The translations under genes and the position numbers were made by a program. Of a stretch of 64,000 nt of DNA, positions 1-10,199 are shown piece by piece. Position 1 is the first letter of the stretch. Each line of letters opens with the position of its first letter. Under the pieces are notes generated by a model that was not told where the DNA came from, did not search any database, and was given only the letters and a program-made list of their open reading frames with translations. Source of the DNA: a virus (Duplodnaviria; Heunggongvirae; Uroviricota; Caudoviricetes); the IMG/VR virus record IMGVR_UViG_2541047712_000002. One strand, 5' to 3'.

Positions 1-14
1 TCAAGGATGAAACA

Positions 15-713
15 ATGGGAATTAAAGCTGATATTCAGAGCTTATCTCCCTCTGCACTCATTGAGTTGTTCGTACTGGATATGTCGAACACAACTTCAGG
101 GGGGAAGCTATTCTTCCACGCCGGAACAAACGAACTGATGCAACCGGTCGTCTGGCAAGGAGTGACATACGAGCCGTGGCCAATCAAAGCATCAGGCTTT
201 GACAAAACTGGCCAGGGAACGTTGCCACGTCCAAAAATTCAGGTATCGAACTTTGCCGGAACTGTCTCTGCGGAAGTTCAGGCAAACGACGATCTTGTTG
301 GCTGCCGCATTATTCGCAAGATGACGCTGGCTCGCTTCCTCGATGCCGTTAATTTTAAAGACGGCAACCCAACAGCAGATCCAAACCAACATTTCCCGGA
401 TGAAATGTGGTTTATCGAACAGAAAACTCTCGAAACTCATCAGGTTGTCGAGTTTGAATTGTCCAGTGTGTTCGATTTGATGGGGGTGCAACTGCCGTAT
501 CGTCAGATCATTAAAAACACCTGCCCGTGGAAATACCGAGGGCCAGAATGCGGCTATACCGGCCCATATTTCGACAAAAATAACCAGCAGACGTCTATGT
601 CTGGTGCTGATTACTGCACAAAACGTTATGACGCCTGTAATGCGCGTCGGAATTATTTTGCCGACGGTGTGATCCATTTTGGCGGATTTATTGGAGCTAC
701 GCGGTATGGGTAA
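15..713 (+). CDS. minor tail protein L (lambda gpL-like tail tip assembly protein)
   Basis: 232-aa ORF with gpL-like pattern (VTYEPWPIKASGF, RFLDAVNFKDGNP, C-terminal Cys cluster CPWKYRGPECGY...CTKRYDAC); followed by K, I, J-like genes in lambda order. Confidence 0.7.
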   Translation: MGIKADIQSLSPSALIELFVLDMSNTTSGGKLFFHAGTNELMQPVVWQGVTYEPWPIKASGFDKTGQGTLPRPKIQVSNFAGTVSAEVQANDDLVGCRIIRKMTLARFLDAVNFKDGNPTADPNQHFPDEMWFIEQKTLETHQVVEFELSSVFDLMGVQLPYRQIIKNTCPWKYRGPECGYTGPYFDKNNQQTSMSGADYCTKRYDACNARRNYFADGVIHFGGFIGATRYG

Positions 714-1503
714 TAAAGCAATCCCTGAGCTTGGCTCTGACGTTATGCAGCAAATCTATCTCTGCGCCATAAATCGCTACCCTAATGAAGCGTGTGGCTT
801 TCTGGTTAGAACTAATGGCGACAAATATCGCTTTATGGAAGCGCGGAATGTTTCGGAGAACCCGCAGAACACTTTTGTAATGCACGTTGACGACATTATG
901 GCGGCAGAGGATGCGGGTGATGTTATCGCAATCTGGCATTCACATACTGATGAATCAGCAGAAGCATCTGATGCCGATCGTGCAGGCTGCGAAGCGACGG
1001 AAGTTCCGTGGATGATTCTGGCTATTCGCAAGAATGTTGAGGGAGATGCCCCTTTCCATTTTAGCGAGATGAATGTGATCACACCTGATGGTTTCGAAAT
1101 GCCATACCTGGGCAGACCGTATGTATTTGGCGTATTCGATTGCTGGATGTTGTGTCGGGACTATTTGAAGCGTGAGTTTAACGTCGAACTAAACCCGAAC
1201 GCACACCTGCATATTCCATCGTGGTACACCGGCGATAACGACATTCTCGACCAGAACTACCGAAACGAAGGATTGGTACGGCTTGCGCCCGGAACAGAGC
1301 CTCAACGTGGGGACATCTTCTTTATCCAATACGGGAAAATGCCTGACCACTGCGCGGTTTATATCGGCGATGGAATGATTCTTCATCACCAGATCGACCG
1401 CCTTAGTTGTCGTGCTTATTACGGCGGAATGTATCAGAAACATACGACGCATCACTTGCGTCACAGAGACTTGCTCAAGGGAGATGAGACGTGTCTGAGT
1501 TAG
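679..1503 (+). CDS. tail assembly protein K-like (JAMM/MPN plus NlpC/P60-type domains)
   Basis: 274-aa ORF overlapping the end of the L-like gene; HxH-type metal motif (IWHSHTDESAEASDAD) and downstream Cys/His-containing segment typical of lambda gpK family; exact start uncertain. Confidence 0.6.
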   Translation: MADLLELRGMGNKAIPELGSDVMQQIYLCAINRYPNEACGFLVRTNGDKYRFMEARNVSENPQNTFVMHVDDIMAAEDAGDVIAIWHSHTDESAEASDADRAGCEATEVPWMILAIRKNVEGDAPFHFSEMNVITPDGFEMPYLGRPYVFGVFDCWMLCRDYLKREFNVELNPNAHLHIPSWYTGDNDILDQNYRNEGLVRLAPGTEPQRGDIFFIQYGKMPDHCAVYIGDGMILHHQIDRLSCRAYYGGMYQKHTTHHLRHRDLLKGDETCLS

Positions 1504-2084
1504 TTCATGTGCAGCTTGGCGGCCCTATGGCCAAACATTTTGGCCGCCACTGGCATCTAAAGGTGCGTAATACAAAACAGGCTCTGGATTTAATTGAGGC
1601 TAACAAGCCTGGGTTTAAAGCATGGATGAAGCGCAACATCAAAACCTATGACAGATACCACATCCAGATCACCAATAAACAGGGTCACAAGTGGTCTGTG
1701 GACGAGAGTGAATATCAGATGATGGGGCAGTCTGACAACATTGCCAAAATACGCATTACCCCTGTTCCGCGAGGGAGCGGCGGATCTGCTTTTGGGTGGT
1801 TTCAGACGGTAGTAGGGGCCGCTTTGTTGGTTGTATCGGCGGTAATGATGCCTGCTTTAGCACCTCTCGGTTTGTCACTGATGATGGGCGGTATATCACA
1901 AATCATATCGCCGCAAGCCACTAACGAAAGTGTGAGACAGGCAGATAACTCGAACTCTTATTATTTCGACGGCCCTCAAAATACAGAAAACCAGGGCAAC
2001 CCAGTACAACTTATCTATGGCGAGGAAATTCTGGTTGGCTCACAGGTTGTGAGTTCTTCAATCACGATTGACCAGCTAATGTAA
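1491..2084 (+). CDS. tail assembly protein I-like
   Basis: 197-aa ORF; ubiquitin-like N-terminus and hydrophobic Gly/Ala-rich C-terminal half (GGSAFGWFQTVVGAALLVV...YYFDGPQN) as in lambda gpI; position between K-like and J-like genes. Confidence 0.6.
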   Translation: MSELVHVQLGGPMAKHFGRHWHLKVRNTKQALDLIEANKPGFKAWMKRNIKTYDRYHIQITNKQGHKWSVDESEYQMMGQSDNIAKIRITPVPRGSGGSAFGWFQTVVGAALLVVSAVMMPALAPLGLSLMMGGISQIISPQATNESVRQADNSNSYYFDGPQNTENQGNPVQLIYGEEILVGSQVVSSSITIDQLM

Positions 2085-2095
2085 ACAAGGATTTT

Positions 2096-5000
2096 TTGAA
2101 CATGGAACAGTTCAAGAAGAAAAAGCTACCGCTGTTTATTGCCGGTGCGGGTGGTAAAAAAAGCAGCAAAAGCTCCAGCCGTACACCGGTTGAAGCCGAC
2201 GATACCGTAAATTCTCGTGCAATGGCCGCTATCCTCGATCTTCTTGGGGAAGGGGTAATTGGCGGCTTAGTAAATGGCGCAAGATCTATTTTTATCGACG
2301 ATCTGCCGATTGTAAATGAAGACGGTTCCTCAAACTTCAGCGGAATCACATGGGATTTTCGCGACGGTTCGCAAGACCAGACTCCAATGTCTGGCTTTGA
2401 TTTCGTTGAAACGCCTAAATCCGTCAATATCCAGTTAAAAAAAACACATTATGTAACGGTTTCAATCGATAACGATGAAGCTGATCGGGTTCGTGTCATC
2501 ATGAAGTTTCCTTCTTTGCGAAGCATAGATAAAAAAACTGGTGACACGAACGGTACAACCGTTGAGTACAAGTTCCAGATAGCAAATGGCGACTCAACAT
2601 TTGTAGATGTGGTCGCAGAAGGTGAAAAAAGCGTTGGCATTAAGCTAACTGCAAAGAAGACAGGTGTTTATTACCGTAGCTATGAGCTGAAGCTGCCTAA
2701 GCCTGGACGCGCGTACAAGGTTCGTGTAGTCCGTATTACCGATGATAACAGCAGCCAGTATCTCTATAACGATACATGGGTGGACTCAATAGGTGAGATT
2801 GTAGATACACCGATGAACTACCCAAACTCTGTGCTGGTGGGTCTGAAGGTTAATTCTGAGCAATTTGGTAGCACCATGCCATCTCGTTCGTATTTGGTGC
2901 GTGGATTAAAAATTCGCGTGCCGTCAAACTACAACGAGGCCAGCAACACTTATGATGGTGTATGGGATGGCACTTTTAAGCTGTTGTCTTCATCCAATCC
3001 AGCCTGGATTCTTTTCGACCTGTTAACGAATGAACGATATGGGCTTGGCCAATTTGTATCAGAGTCCATGATTGACCTCGGCCAGCTGTACCAGATCGGT
3101 CGATATTGTGACGAAGAGGTTGATGATGGCTTTGGTGGCAAAGAGAAACGTTTTGCAATCAATACGCAGATTACCAGTCGACAGGACGCATACCGACTAA
3201 TTCAGGATATTGCTGGAGCATTCCGCGGCATGGTGTTTTGGGCTGGTGGGATGGTTAACATCATGCAGGATAGCCCATCAGATCCGGTAATGATGTTTAC
3301 CAACTCTAACGTCAAAGATGGATTGTTTACCTATAAAGGTTCTGCGCGTAAAGATCGCCCATCCGTTGCGCTCGTAACCTACAACAACAAGGAGGACGGT
3401 TATAAGCAAAACATCGAGTACGTTGAAGATCAGGACGCAATGCGCCGTTATGGTGAGCGTAAGACAGAAGTCGTAGCATTTGGCTGTACAAGCCGAGGGC
3501 AGGCTCACCGAGTTGGTTTGTGGCTTTTATATACCGCCAGAATGGAGTCGGATGTAATTACATTTACTGCCGGCTTAGATGCGTCATTCCTGATGCCTGG
3601 TGAAACCGTTCTGATTCAGAACAAATATCGCGCAGGAAAGCGCAACTCCGGTCGAATTGTGGAGTTTACCAAAAACAGCATCACACTCGATGCGCCTGTG
3701 TCATTAGCTAAAAGCGGCAGCTTTATTCGGATATTGAATCAGGAAGGCAAAATCGTTGAACGCGATGTTCTTGAAACTGGCGAAAACATAACAAAGGTTA
3801 CGTTTTCAAAAGCCCTGTCGTCAGCGGAAACGCCTGTTTTGAACGGTGTCTGGACAATTACAGAACCAGATCTCGAACCTATGCGCGTTCGCATCGTTAA
3901 CATCGCGCAGGGGGAAACGCCGGGTAGCTTTGACATCACCGCTGTTGAGAACAATCCGTCTAAATATGAGGCAATCGACAATGGTGCAACGCTGATCCCG
4001 CAGAATACGACGGTATTGGACCCAACTTACTCCAAGCCATCTAATCTGCAAATCACTGAAGGGACTTATCTCTCAAGCCCGGGCAACCTGTCAGTAAAAC
4101 TGACTGCAACATGGGAAGGGAAATCTCCAGAGTATTGGATCAGTTGGCGACGTTCTGATGAAAACAATGTATCGAACTGGCAATCGGCGCGTGTAACCGA
4201 AGAGCAATACGAAATCGTTAATGTCGCGGAGAATGGACGCTACGACTTCCAGCTGTATGCGGTTTCATTCAACGGTAAAAAAACAGAGATTATCAGTACC
4301 GTTTATCAGGTGTTGGGCACAATGACACCGCCGGATTCCCCAACGTCATTAACGGCCGTTGGAGACTATCGTAATGTGATACTGAATTGGGTTAATCCAG
4401 ATTCGGTAGACCTTGATCACATTAATGTTTACGCATCCCAGACCAACAATCTGGATACAGCGAAACTGATCGCAGAGTCTGCAAGCACCACCTTTACACA
4501 TGCTGGTCTTGGGGATAGCGAAACGTGGTATTACTGGGTTCGAGCGTCGAACAAGCGAGGTATGTTAAGTCCTCCGAACTCAAACTTGGGGACAGAGGCG
4601 ACAACTCGCGATGTACTGTCGTTCCTGACAGGCAAAATTACGTCTTCTGAACTTGGCCAAGGTTTACTTGAGGAAATCGACTCAAAAGTATCTCAGGAGG
4701 CGGTGGATTCCATCTATGAACAGATGGATGAAAGTCTGAAAAGCCTTGATGACAAGTTTACAGAGACAGATCGGCGGCTTGAAGAAGCTCAAAACGATCT
4801 TAAAACGGATGTTTCCAGTACTGTAAGCAAGGTGGAAGACGCTCTTAAGGAAGTTGAAAACTCTAACGCTGCTTTAATTCAGTTGCAGGAAACTGTATCA
4901 GAGCAGGGCAAAGCTGTAGCTGGAGCTGTTGAGGCGGCAAATGCAGCACTTGACAATTCATCGGCTTTAATCGCGGAGGAACGTGAAGCACGAGTTGAGG

Positions 5001-6262
5001 GTGACTTGGCAAACGCGAAAGAAATCGAGGCGATGAAGTCAACTGTAGATAGCAGTTTAGCCACCATTGAAGAAATGAAAAAAACCGTGGCTGAAGTTGA
5101 GCGTTCCAGTGCCGAAGTGACAACAAACATTGAAGCATTGGCTAAAACAAACATCGATCTTGCTTTGCGTCAGGATGAAGATCAGCACAAGCAGATGGTG
5201 AGTAATGCGAAGATCACCACAACTCAGAAGGCTTTTGCAGACGATATGTCTGCAATGGCTACGAAAATGGAAGAAATTCGCGCTGAAATAAATGAGGATA
5301 TCAGAGCTTCAATCACTGAAGAAACAACGGCTCGTGTAGATGCTGATAATGCTATTGCAAGCAGAATCACCAAACTTGAATCAAAGATTAACGATGATAT
5401 TTCTGCCGCAATTGTGAGTGAACAAGAGGCACGAGCTAGTGCCGATGAAGCACTTTCAAAAGAAATACTATCGTTACAAGCCAAAATTGAAGGCGATATT
5501 AGTGCAGCTATATCTGAAGAAAAAATTGCCCGAGCAACTGCTGATGAATCTTTAGCACAACAGATAACCACATTGAAGAGCCAGACGGGTAAAGATATTA
5601 AGGCGGCTGTAGCAGAAGAGACGAAAGCCAGAACTGACGCTGATTCGGCTTTGGCTTCTAGTATCACTAATCTACAGGCGCAAACGAGCAAAGATATTAA
5701 TGCCGCGATTACGTCTGAGGCGACTGTGCGCACAAACGCCGACAATGCTCTAAGTGGACGAATTGACACCTTAAAAGCATCAGTTGATGGAAATACAGCG
5801 ACAATTCAAGAGCAGGCAACTGCTATTGCTGATACTAACAAAAAGGTTTCAACCGCGTGGACGTTGAAGATGGAAACGTCAACAAGTGGTGGGCAAAAAT
5901 ATGTCGCAGGTATTGCGCTTGGAATTGACACCACGGGGCTTTCCCAGTTTTTGGTGCAAGCAGATCGATTTGGTCTAGTCAACTCAGTTAACGGAAAGAT
6001 CACCACACCATTTGTTATCGAAAACAGCGTTGCATACATGAATGGTGCGTATATTAAGGATGGTACTATCACAAATGCAAAGGTAGGTGACTTGCAATCA
6101 ACAAACTTCGTAAGCGGACGAGCCGGATGGCGATTTGGTAAAAATGGAACGCTTGAGATCAACGGCAATAGTGGCGGCAATGGGAGATTGGTTATAAATG
6201 GTCAGAGGATTGACGTTTATGATGACAATAATGTCCTTCGAGTGAGGATTGGTCAGCTTTGA
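2096..6262 (+). CDS. central tail fiber / host specificity protein J-like
   Basis: 1388-aa ORF immediately after L-K-I genes; N-terminal region typical of gpJ family; C-terminal third is fibrous with five tandem 33-aa repeats. Confidence 0.7.
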   Translation: MNMEQFKKKKLPLFIAGAGGKKSSKSSSRTPVEADDTVNSRAMAAILDLLGEGVIGGLVNGARSIFIDDLPIVNEDGSSNFSGITWDFRDGSQDQTPMSGFDFVETPKSVNIQLKKTHYVTVSIDNDEADRVRVIMKFPSLRSIDKKTGDTNGTTVEYKFQIANGDSTFVDVVAEGEKSVGIKLTAKKTGVYYRSYELKLPKPGRAYKVRVVRITDDNSSQYLYNDTWVDSIGEIVDTPMNYPNSVLVGLKVNSEQFGSTMPSRSYLVRGLKIRVPSNYNEASNTYDGVWDGTFKLLSSSNPAWILFDLLTNERYGLGQFVSESMIDLGQLYQIGRYCDEEVDDGFGGKEKRFAINTQITSRQDAYRLIQDIAGAFRGMVFWAGGMVNIMQDSPSDPVMMFTNSNVKDGLFTYKGSARKDRPSVALVTYNNKEDGYKQNIEYVEDQDAMRRYGERKTEVVAFGCTSRGQAHRVGLWLLYTARMESDVITFTAGLDASFLMPGETVLIQNKYRAGKRNSGRIVEFTKNSITLDAPVSLAKSGSFIRILNQEGKIVERDVLETGENITKVTFSKALSSAETPVLNGVWTITEPDLEPMRVRIVNIAQGETPGSFDITAVENNPSKYEAIDNGATLIPQNTTVLDPTYSKPSNLQITEGTYLSSPGNLSVKLTATWEGKSPEYWISWRRSDENNVSNWQSARVTEEQYEIVNVAENGRYDFQLYAVSFNGKKTEIISTVYQVLGTMTPPDSPTSLTAVGDYRNVILNWVNPDSVDLDHINVYASQTNNLDTAKLIAESASTTFTHAGLGDSETWYYWVRASNKRGMLSPPNSNLGTEATTRDVLSFLTGKITSSELGQGLLEEIDSKVSQEAVDSIYEQMDESLKSLDDKFTETDRRLEEAQNDLKTDVSSTVSKVEDALKEVENSNAALIQLQETVSEQGKAVAGAVEAANAALDNSSALIAEEREARVEGDLANAKEIEAMKSTVDSSLATIEEMKKTVAEVERSSAEVTTNIEALAKTNIDLALRQDEDQHKQMVSNAKITTTQKAFADDMSAMATKMEEIRAEINEDIRASITEETTARVDADNAIASRITKLESKINDDISAAIVSEQEARASADEALSKEILSLQAKIEGDISAAISEEKIARATADESLAQQITTLKSQTGKDIKAAVAEETKARTDADSALASSITNLQAQTSKDINAAITSEATVRTNADNALSGRIDTLKASVDGNTATIQEQATAIADTNKKVSTAWTLKMETSTSGGQKYVAGIALGIDTTGLSQFLVQADRFGLVNSVNGKITTPFVIENSVAYMNGAYIKDGTITNAKVGDLQSTNFVSGRAGWRFGKNGTLEINGNSGGNGRLVINGQRIDVYDDNNVLRVRIGQL
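5288..5782 (+). repeat. five tandem 99-nt (33-aa) coiled-coil repeats inside the J-like gene
   Basis: protein units INEDIRASITEETTARVDADNAIASRITKLESK / INDDISAAIVSEQEARASADEALSKEILSLQAK / IEGDISAAISEEKIARATADESLAQQITTLKSQ / TGKDIKAAVAEETKARTDADSALASSITNLQAQ / TSKDINAAITSEATVRTNADNALSGRIDTLKAS. Confidence 0.7.
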
Positions 6263-6355
6263 TTGTGGAAAAAAATAATCATTTCTGTAAAAATAGGTAG
6301 GTACTAACTTAATGGTGGGCATGGAACGCCCACCATATCTAGGAGCAAAGGATAA

Positions 6356-8743
6356 ATGTGGTACAGGGAAGGTACAATAAATCTCACTAAAGGAAATAAA
6401 ACTGTAGTGGGAACAGGCACAGCCTGGGGGGTGACGGCGAACGGCGTCCTTCCAGGTATGATATTGATTGGCCCCGATAATAAGTTATATGAAATAAAAT
6501 CAATCGAGAGTGACACTTCGTTAACTCTTGTTGAAGCCTACGGTGGTAGCACCCAAACAAATGTCCCGTGCAGAATAATTACGACCTATGAAGGTGATTT
6601 AACCCAATTTAGTGCTCGTTTTACTGCGCTTATGTCTCGCATGTCAGCCGATTCAAAAATGATGCGTAGTTGGTTGACTGCCGTGGATGAAATAACAATT
6701 GAGCGTGAAGATGGCACGGAATTAACCGTAAAATCCCTTACGCAGATCGTTAATGAGCACAATGAGAACCTAGAATGGTATAAAGAAAATACTCCCATAA
6801 TTAACACCGCTGCACAAAAAGCTAAAGAGGCGGCAGCGAGCGCAACAGCGGCCAAAAAATCAGAAACTAACTCAAAAGCGAGTGAGACAGCTTCAAAGAC
6901 TAGCGAAACTAATGCGAAAAATAGCGAGGTAGCTGCAAAATCGAGTCAGAGTGCTGCCGCAAACTCCGCTACCGCAGCAAAAAACAGCCAGGATGCAGCA
7001 GCCGAAAGCGAGAGTGCTGCAGCTGGTTCTGCGACTTCAGCAGCTGGATCAGCAACTGCTGCGGCTAACAGCCAGAAAGCCGCGAAGACGAGCGAAACTA
7101 ACGCAAAGTCCAGCCAGACGGCAGCGAAGACCAGCGAAACAAATGCCAAAGCCAGCGAAACTGCGGCGAAAAACAGTCAGGATGCAGCAGCCCAAAGCGA
7201 GAGTGCCGCAGCTGGTTCTGCAAGTGCGGCGGCTTCTTCTGCCTCTGCATCAGCCAACAGTCAAAAAGCTGCAAAAACCAGTGAAACCAACGCAAAGGCG
7301 AGCGAGACTGAGGCGGCTAACTCAGCGAAAGCATCGGCAGCAAGCCAGACGGCTGCAAAAGCAAGTGAAGACGCAGCCAGAGAGTATGCAAGCCAGGCTG
7401 CGGAGCCGTATAAACAAGTTTTGCAGCCGCTTCCCGATGTGTGGATACCGTTTAACGATTCACTGGATATGATTACGGGCTTTTCGCCGTCATATAAAAA
7501 GATTGTTATTGGTGATGATGAAATAACGATGCCTGGCGATAAGGTTGTAAAGTTTAAACGCGCATCAACTGCCACATATATCAATAAATCAGGCGTATTT
7601 AGTGTTGCTAAAATTGATGAGCCACGATTTGAAAAAGAAGGTTTATTGATTGAAGGACAGCGCACTAACTATTTTGTTAAATCCAATATCCCCGCTGAAT
7701 GGACGAGTACCAGCAATATCGATAAAACTAATAATGGTGTTGATGAATTTGGTTTTTCATATGCCAAAATGCGAACAAAAGATAATATGACAGGACAATC
7801 ATCTGCACTTAGTCTGCATACATGCAGTGCATCCCGGGGGATTGATGTTAGTGGCGATAATAAGTATTGCACTGTTTCATGCAGGGTTAAAGCTCCTGAT
7901 GGTCTTCGTTGTCGTTTGCGTTTTGAAAAATACGATGGGTCGGTTTATACATTTTTAGGAGATGCTTATTTAACTTTCGGAACTCTGATAATAGAAAAAA
8001 CTGGCGGAGCAGCCAATAGAATAGCAGCTACTGCAACTAAAGATCCGGTTACAGGGTGGATTTTCTATGAGGCAACTATAGAAGCTGTTGAAGGTGAAAC
8101 CTTAATTGGCGCAATGATTCAGTATGCGCCGAAAAAAGGTGGTGTAACTGAAGCGGGAGATTATATTTACCTTGCAACACCACAATTTGAAAACGGCGGA
8201 TGTGCTTCATCTTTTGTTATTACGACAACTGTACCCGCAACCCGCTCCAGTGATATGGTGACGATCCCAACTGAAAATAATATCTATAATAGACCGCTTA
8301 CGTGCCTGGTCGAGGTTAATAGAAATTGGGGCGATATTCCTCCTAATGTAGCACCGCGTATTTTTGATTTTTCTGGTGTGCCACCTATTGAGTCAATTAC
8401 ATACGCTTTTAACACAACTGAGAAATATTACGGTCAGCTTTATATGCAAACTTATAAAGCGTCGACAAGTACTTACGTTTCTAGTGTGTTTGCTGGTCGA
8501 ACTGATGTTCGAAAATTCATTGGTGGTTTTAATATTTATTCTGATGGTACTAAACGAGTAGTTTCTAACGGTGAGGCTACTAAAACCATGAAAACGGAGT
8601 GGACGGGCGTAAAAACACGGACCTTTATTCGAATTGGAGGTCAAGCCACATCGGGAACTCGTCATCTATTCGGCCATTTGAGAAATCTTCGTCTCTGGCA
8701 TAAAGAATTAACTGATGCGCAAATGGGGGAGAGTATTAAATGA
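6356..8743 (+). CDS. tail fiber protein with internal Ala/Ser/Thr-rich repeat region
   Basis: 795-aa ORF downstream of J-like gene; central low-complexity duplicated module (AAKNSQDAAAESESAAAGSA...ANSQKAAKTSETNAK...); globular C-terminal half. Confidence 0.5.
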   Translation: MWYREGTINLTKGNKTVVGTGTAWGVTANGVLPGMILIGPDNKLYEIKSIESDTSLTLVEAYGGSTQTNVPCRIITTYEGDLTQFSARFTALMSRMSADSKMMRSWLTAVDEITIEREDGTELTVKSLTQIVNEHNENLEWYKENTPIINTAAQKAKEAAASATAAKKSETNSKASETASKTSETNAKNSEVAAKSSQSAAANSATAAKNSQDAAAESESAAAGSATSAAGSATAAANSQKAAKTSETNAKSSQTAAKTSETNAKASETAAKNSQDAAAQSESAAAGSASAAASSASASANSQKAAKTSETNAKASETEAANSAKASAASQTAAKASEDAAREYASQAAEPYKQVLQPLPDVWIPFNDSLDMITGFSPSYKKIVIGDDEITMPGDKVVKFKRASTATYINKSGVFSVAKIDEPRFEKEGLLIEGQRTNYFVKSNIPAEWTSTSNIDKTNNGVDEFGFSYAKMRTKDNMTGQSSALSLHTCSASRGIDVSGDNKYCTVSCRVKAPDGLRCRLRFEKYDGSVYTFLGDAYLTFGTLIIEKTGGAANRIAATATKDPVTGWIFYEATIEAVEGETLIGAMIQYAPKKGGVTEAGDYIYLATPQFENGGCASSFVITTTVPATRSSDMVTIPTENNIYNRPLTCLVEVNRNWGDIPPNVAPRIFDFSGVPPIESITYAFNTTEKYYGQLYMQTYKASTSTYVSSVFAGRTDVRKFIGGFNIYSDGTKRVVSNGEATKTMKTEWTGVKTRTFIRIGGQATSGTRHLFGHLRNLRLWHKELTDAQMGESIK
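6814..7390 (+). repeat. duplicated ~180-nt Ala/Ser/Thr-rich module inside tail fiber gene
   Basis: two near-identical copies of ...AAKNSQDAAA(E/Q)SESAAAGSA...SANSQKAAKTSETNAK(S/A)S(Q/E)TAAK... in the translation; the out-of-frame Arg-rich ORF 6951..7472 is a by-product. Confidence 0.6.
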
Positions 8744-9021
8744 AAGATTTAACGCTCAAATTTGCAGACAGGGCCGACTTTTCGGCCTTTATGGAGAGTA
8801 TTGGCTATTATGATGACGAGTCGATGCAGGATGATATTCTTATCGACGTGATAGGTAACGTGTACAAAGAAACCGGAGAACTGACTGAAGATGGCGAACC
8901 GGTATGTGTTAAGGAGGACGGATATTTTGTAAACGTGCGCATCATTAATGATGCAAAAAAATCGTCAATATTCGATAAATACGCGATTGTTGTTGAGCAT
9001 CAACTTCGTGGCTGGATGTGA
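8740..9021 (+). CDS. hypothetical protein (possibly tail fiber-associated)
   Basis: 93-aa ORF, start overlaps stop of the upstream fiber gene (translational coupling); no recognisable motif. Confidence 0.3.
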   Translation: MKDLTLKFADRADFSAFMESIGYYDDESMQDDILIDVIGNVYKETGELTEDGEPVCVKEDGYFVNVRIINDAKKSSIFDKYAIVVEHQLRGWM

Positions 9022-9030
9022 GGGAGACAA

Positions 9031-9735
9031 ATGGCTACATCGACAGTAATTCCAGGAGACATCACCACGTTAAAGGGAGATGTCAGTAAAGCCAAGGAAG
9101 ATATTTCCTCAATTAACGGAAAAGTATCAACGCTTCAGACTGATATGACCAGTGCAAAGCAGGATATCAGCACCAGATACACAAAAACTGAAGTTGATAA
9201 TAAGCTGAAAAACAAAGTGGAAGTGAACGATCTGGAAAGTGGTCGTTATGGTGGAGATTTTTACCCGCTGACTGGTCGTGAAGCGTTTTATTTGTGGGGA
9301 TTGGGCACGACTACAGCGGCGGCAAACCTTTATCTTAATCCTGACCCCGCAATTTCGTCTGTACTGCGGTCCACATCGTCTATCCGCTATAAACATTCAG
9401 TAGAGACGATAGATTCGGAGCACGCCGATCTCATTTTCAAGATGCGCCCTGTGTGGTACAGGTCGCAATGCGAAAATGACAGGCGCGATTGGGGATTCTA
9501 TGGATTGATTGCCGAGGAAGTAGGAGAAATTGCCCCTCAGTTTGTTCACTGGCGAGCAGCTAACGAGAATGATGCTCCTGAAGCTATTTCCAGCAATGGC
9601 CTTGTTGCCGAAGGTGTAATGTACGAACGTCTGGTTGTTCCACTGATTCACCATATCCAGAAGCTGACTGAAAGAGTTGATGAACTTGAGTCAGAATTAA
9701 AGTTGTTATTAACTTCCCGAAGCGATATCGGATAA
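9031..9735 (+). CDS. putative tail fiber-associated protein
   Basis: 234-aa ORF with RBS (gagggagacaa ATG); coiled-coil-like N-terminus; C-terminal region loosely resembles intramolecular chaperone domains of phage fibers (not verified). Confidence 0.3.
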   Translation: MATSTVIPGDITTLKGDVSKAKEDISSINGKVSTLQTDMTSAKQDISTRYTKTEVDNKLKNKVEVNDLESGRYGGDFYPLTGREAFYLWGLGTTTAAANLYLNPDPAISSVLRSTSSIRYKHSVETIDSEHADLIFKMRPVWYRSQCENDRRDWGFYGLIAEEVGEIAPQFVHWRAANENDAPEAISSNGLVAEGVMYERLVVPLIHHIQKLTERVDELESELKLLLTSRSDIG

Positions 9736-9745
9736 AGGAGGAATA

Positions 9746-10030
9746 ATGGATATAACACCTTTCCTTCATGCACTTTGTGCTGTGGCTGCGCAGGTACTGG
9801 TTGGTCTTTTTACCGGAAACTGGGCTTACGGGGCGATAGCCGGTTGTACGTTCTTCATTGCTCGTGAACATACCCAGGCAGAATATCGCTGGATTGAAAT
9901 GTTCGGGCATGGCAAGCGAATGAATATGCCGTGGTGGGGCGGTTTTGATCCGCGCGCGTGGGATGTAGCAAGTCTGATGGATTTTGCGATTCCACTTTTA
10001 GCGTGCACATTATTATATATTTTTATTTAA
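9746..10030 (+). CDS. small membrane protein
   Basis: 94-aa ORF with RBS (aaggagg) and hydrophobic segments at both ends. Confidence 0.35.
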   Translation: MDITPFLHALCAVAAQVLVGLFTGNWAYGAIAGCTFFIAREHTQAEYRWIEMFGHGKRMNMPWWGGFDPRAWDVASLMDFAIPLLACTLLYIFI

Positions 10031-10199
10031 TATAAGATTAACTGAGATATAGCTTACGCAAAGAAGGTAATAAATATAAAGAGAGATGTTCTGAGGTAAT
10101 TTATTGTTGGTGTTTAAGGTTATTTACAGATAGGTAAGTGCATACCTATATAAAAAAGATAAAATGTGATATAAATCCGCCATCCCGATTTGACTTTTC

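Noticed and set aside
5224-5769. 181-aa minus-strand ORF, and other antisense ORFs inside the J-like gene (2062-2427, 4863-5154, 5806-6180)
   Set aside because: Lie entirely within the long J-like reading frame on the opposite strand; low-complexity translation produced by the sense-strand repeats; no RBS.
6951-7472. 173-aa Arg/Gln-rich plus-strand ORF
   Set aside because: Out-of-frame read-through of the Ala/Ser-rich repeat region of the tail fiber gene; composition is an artefact of the repeat.
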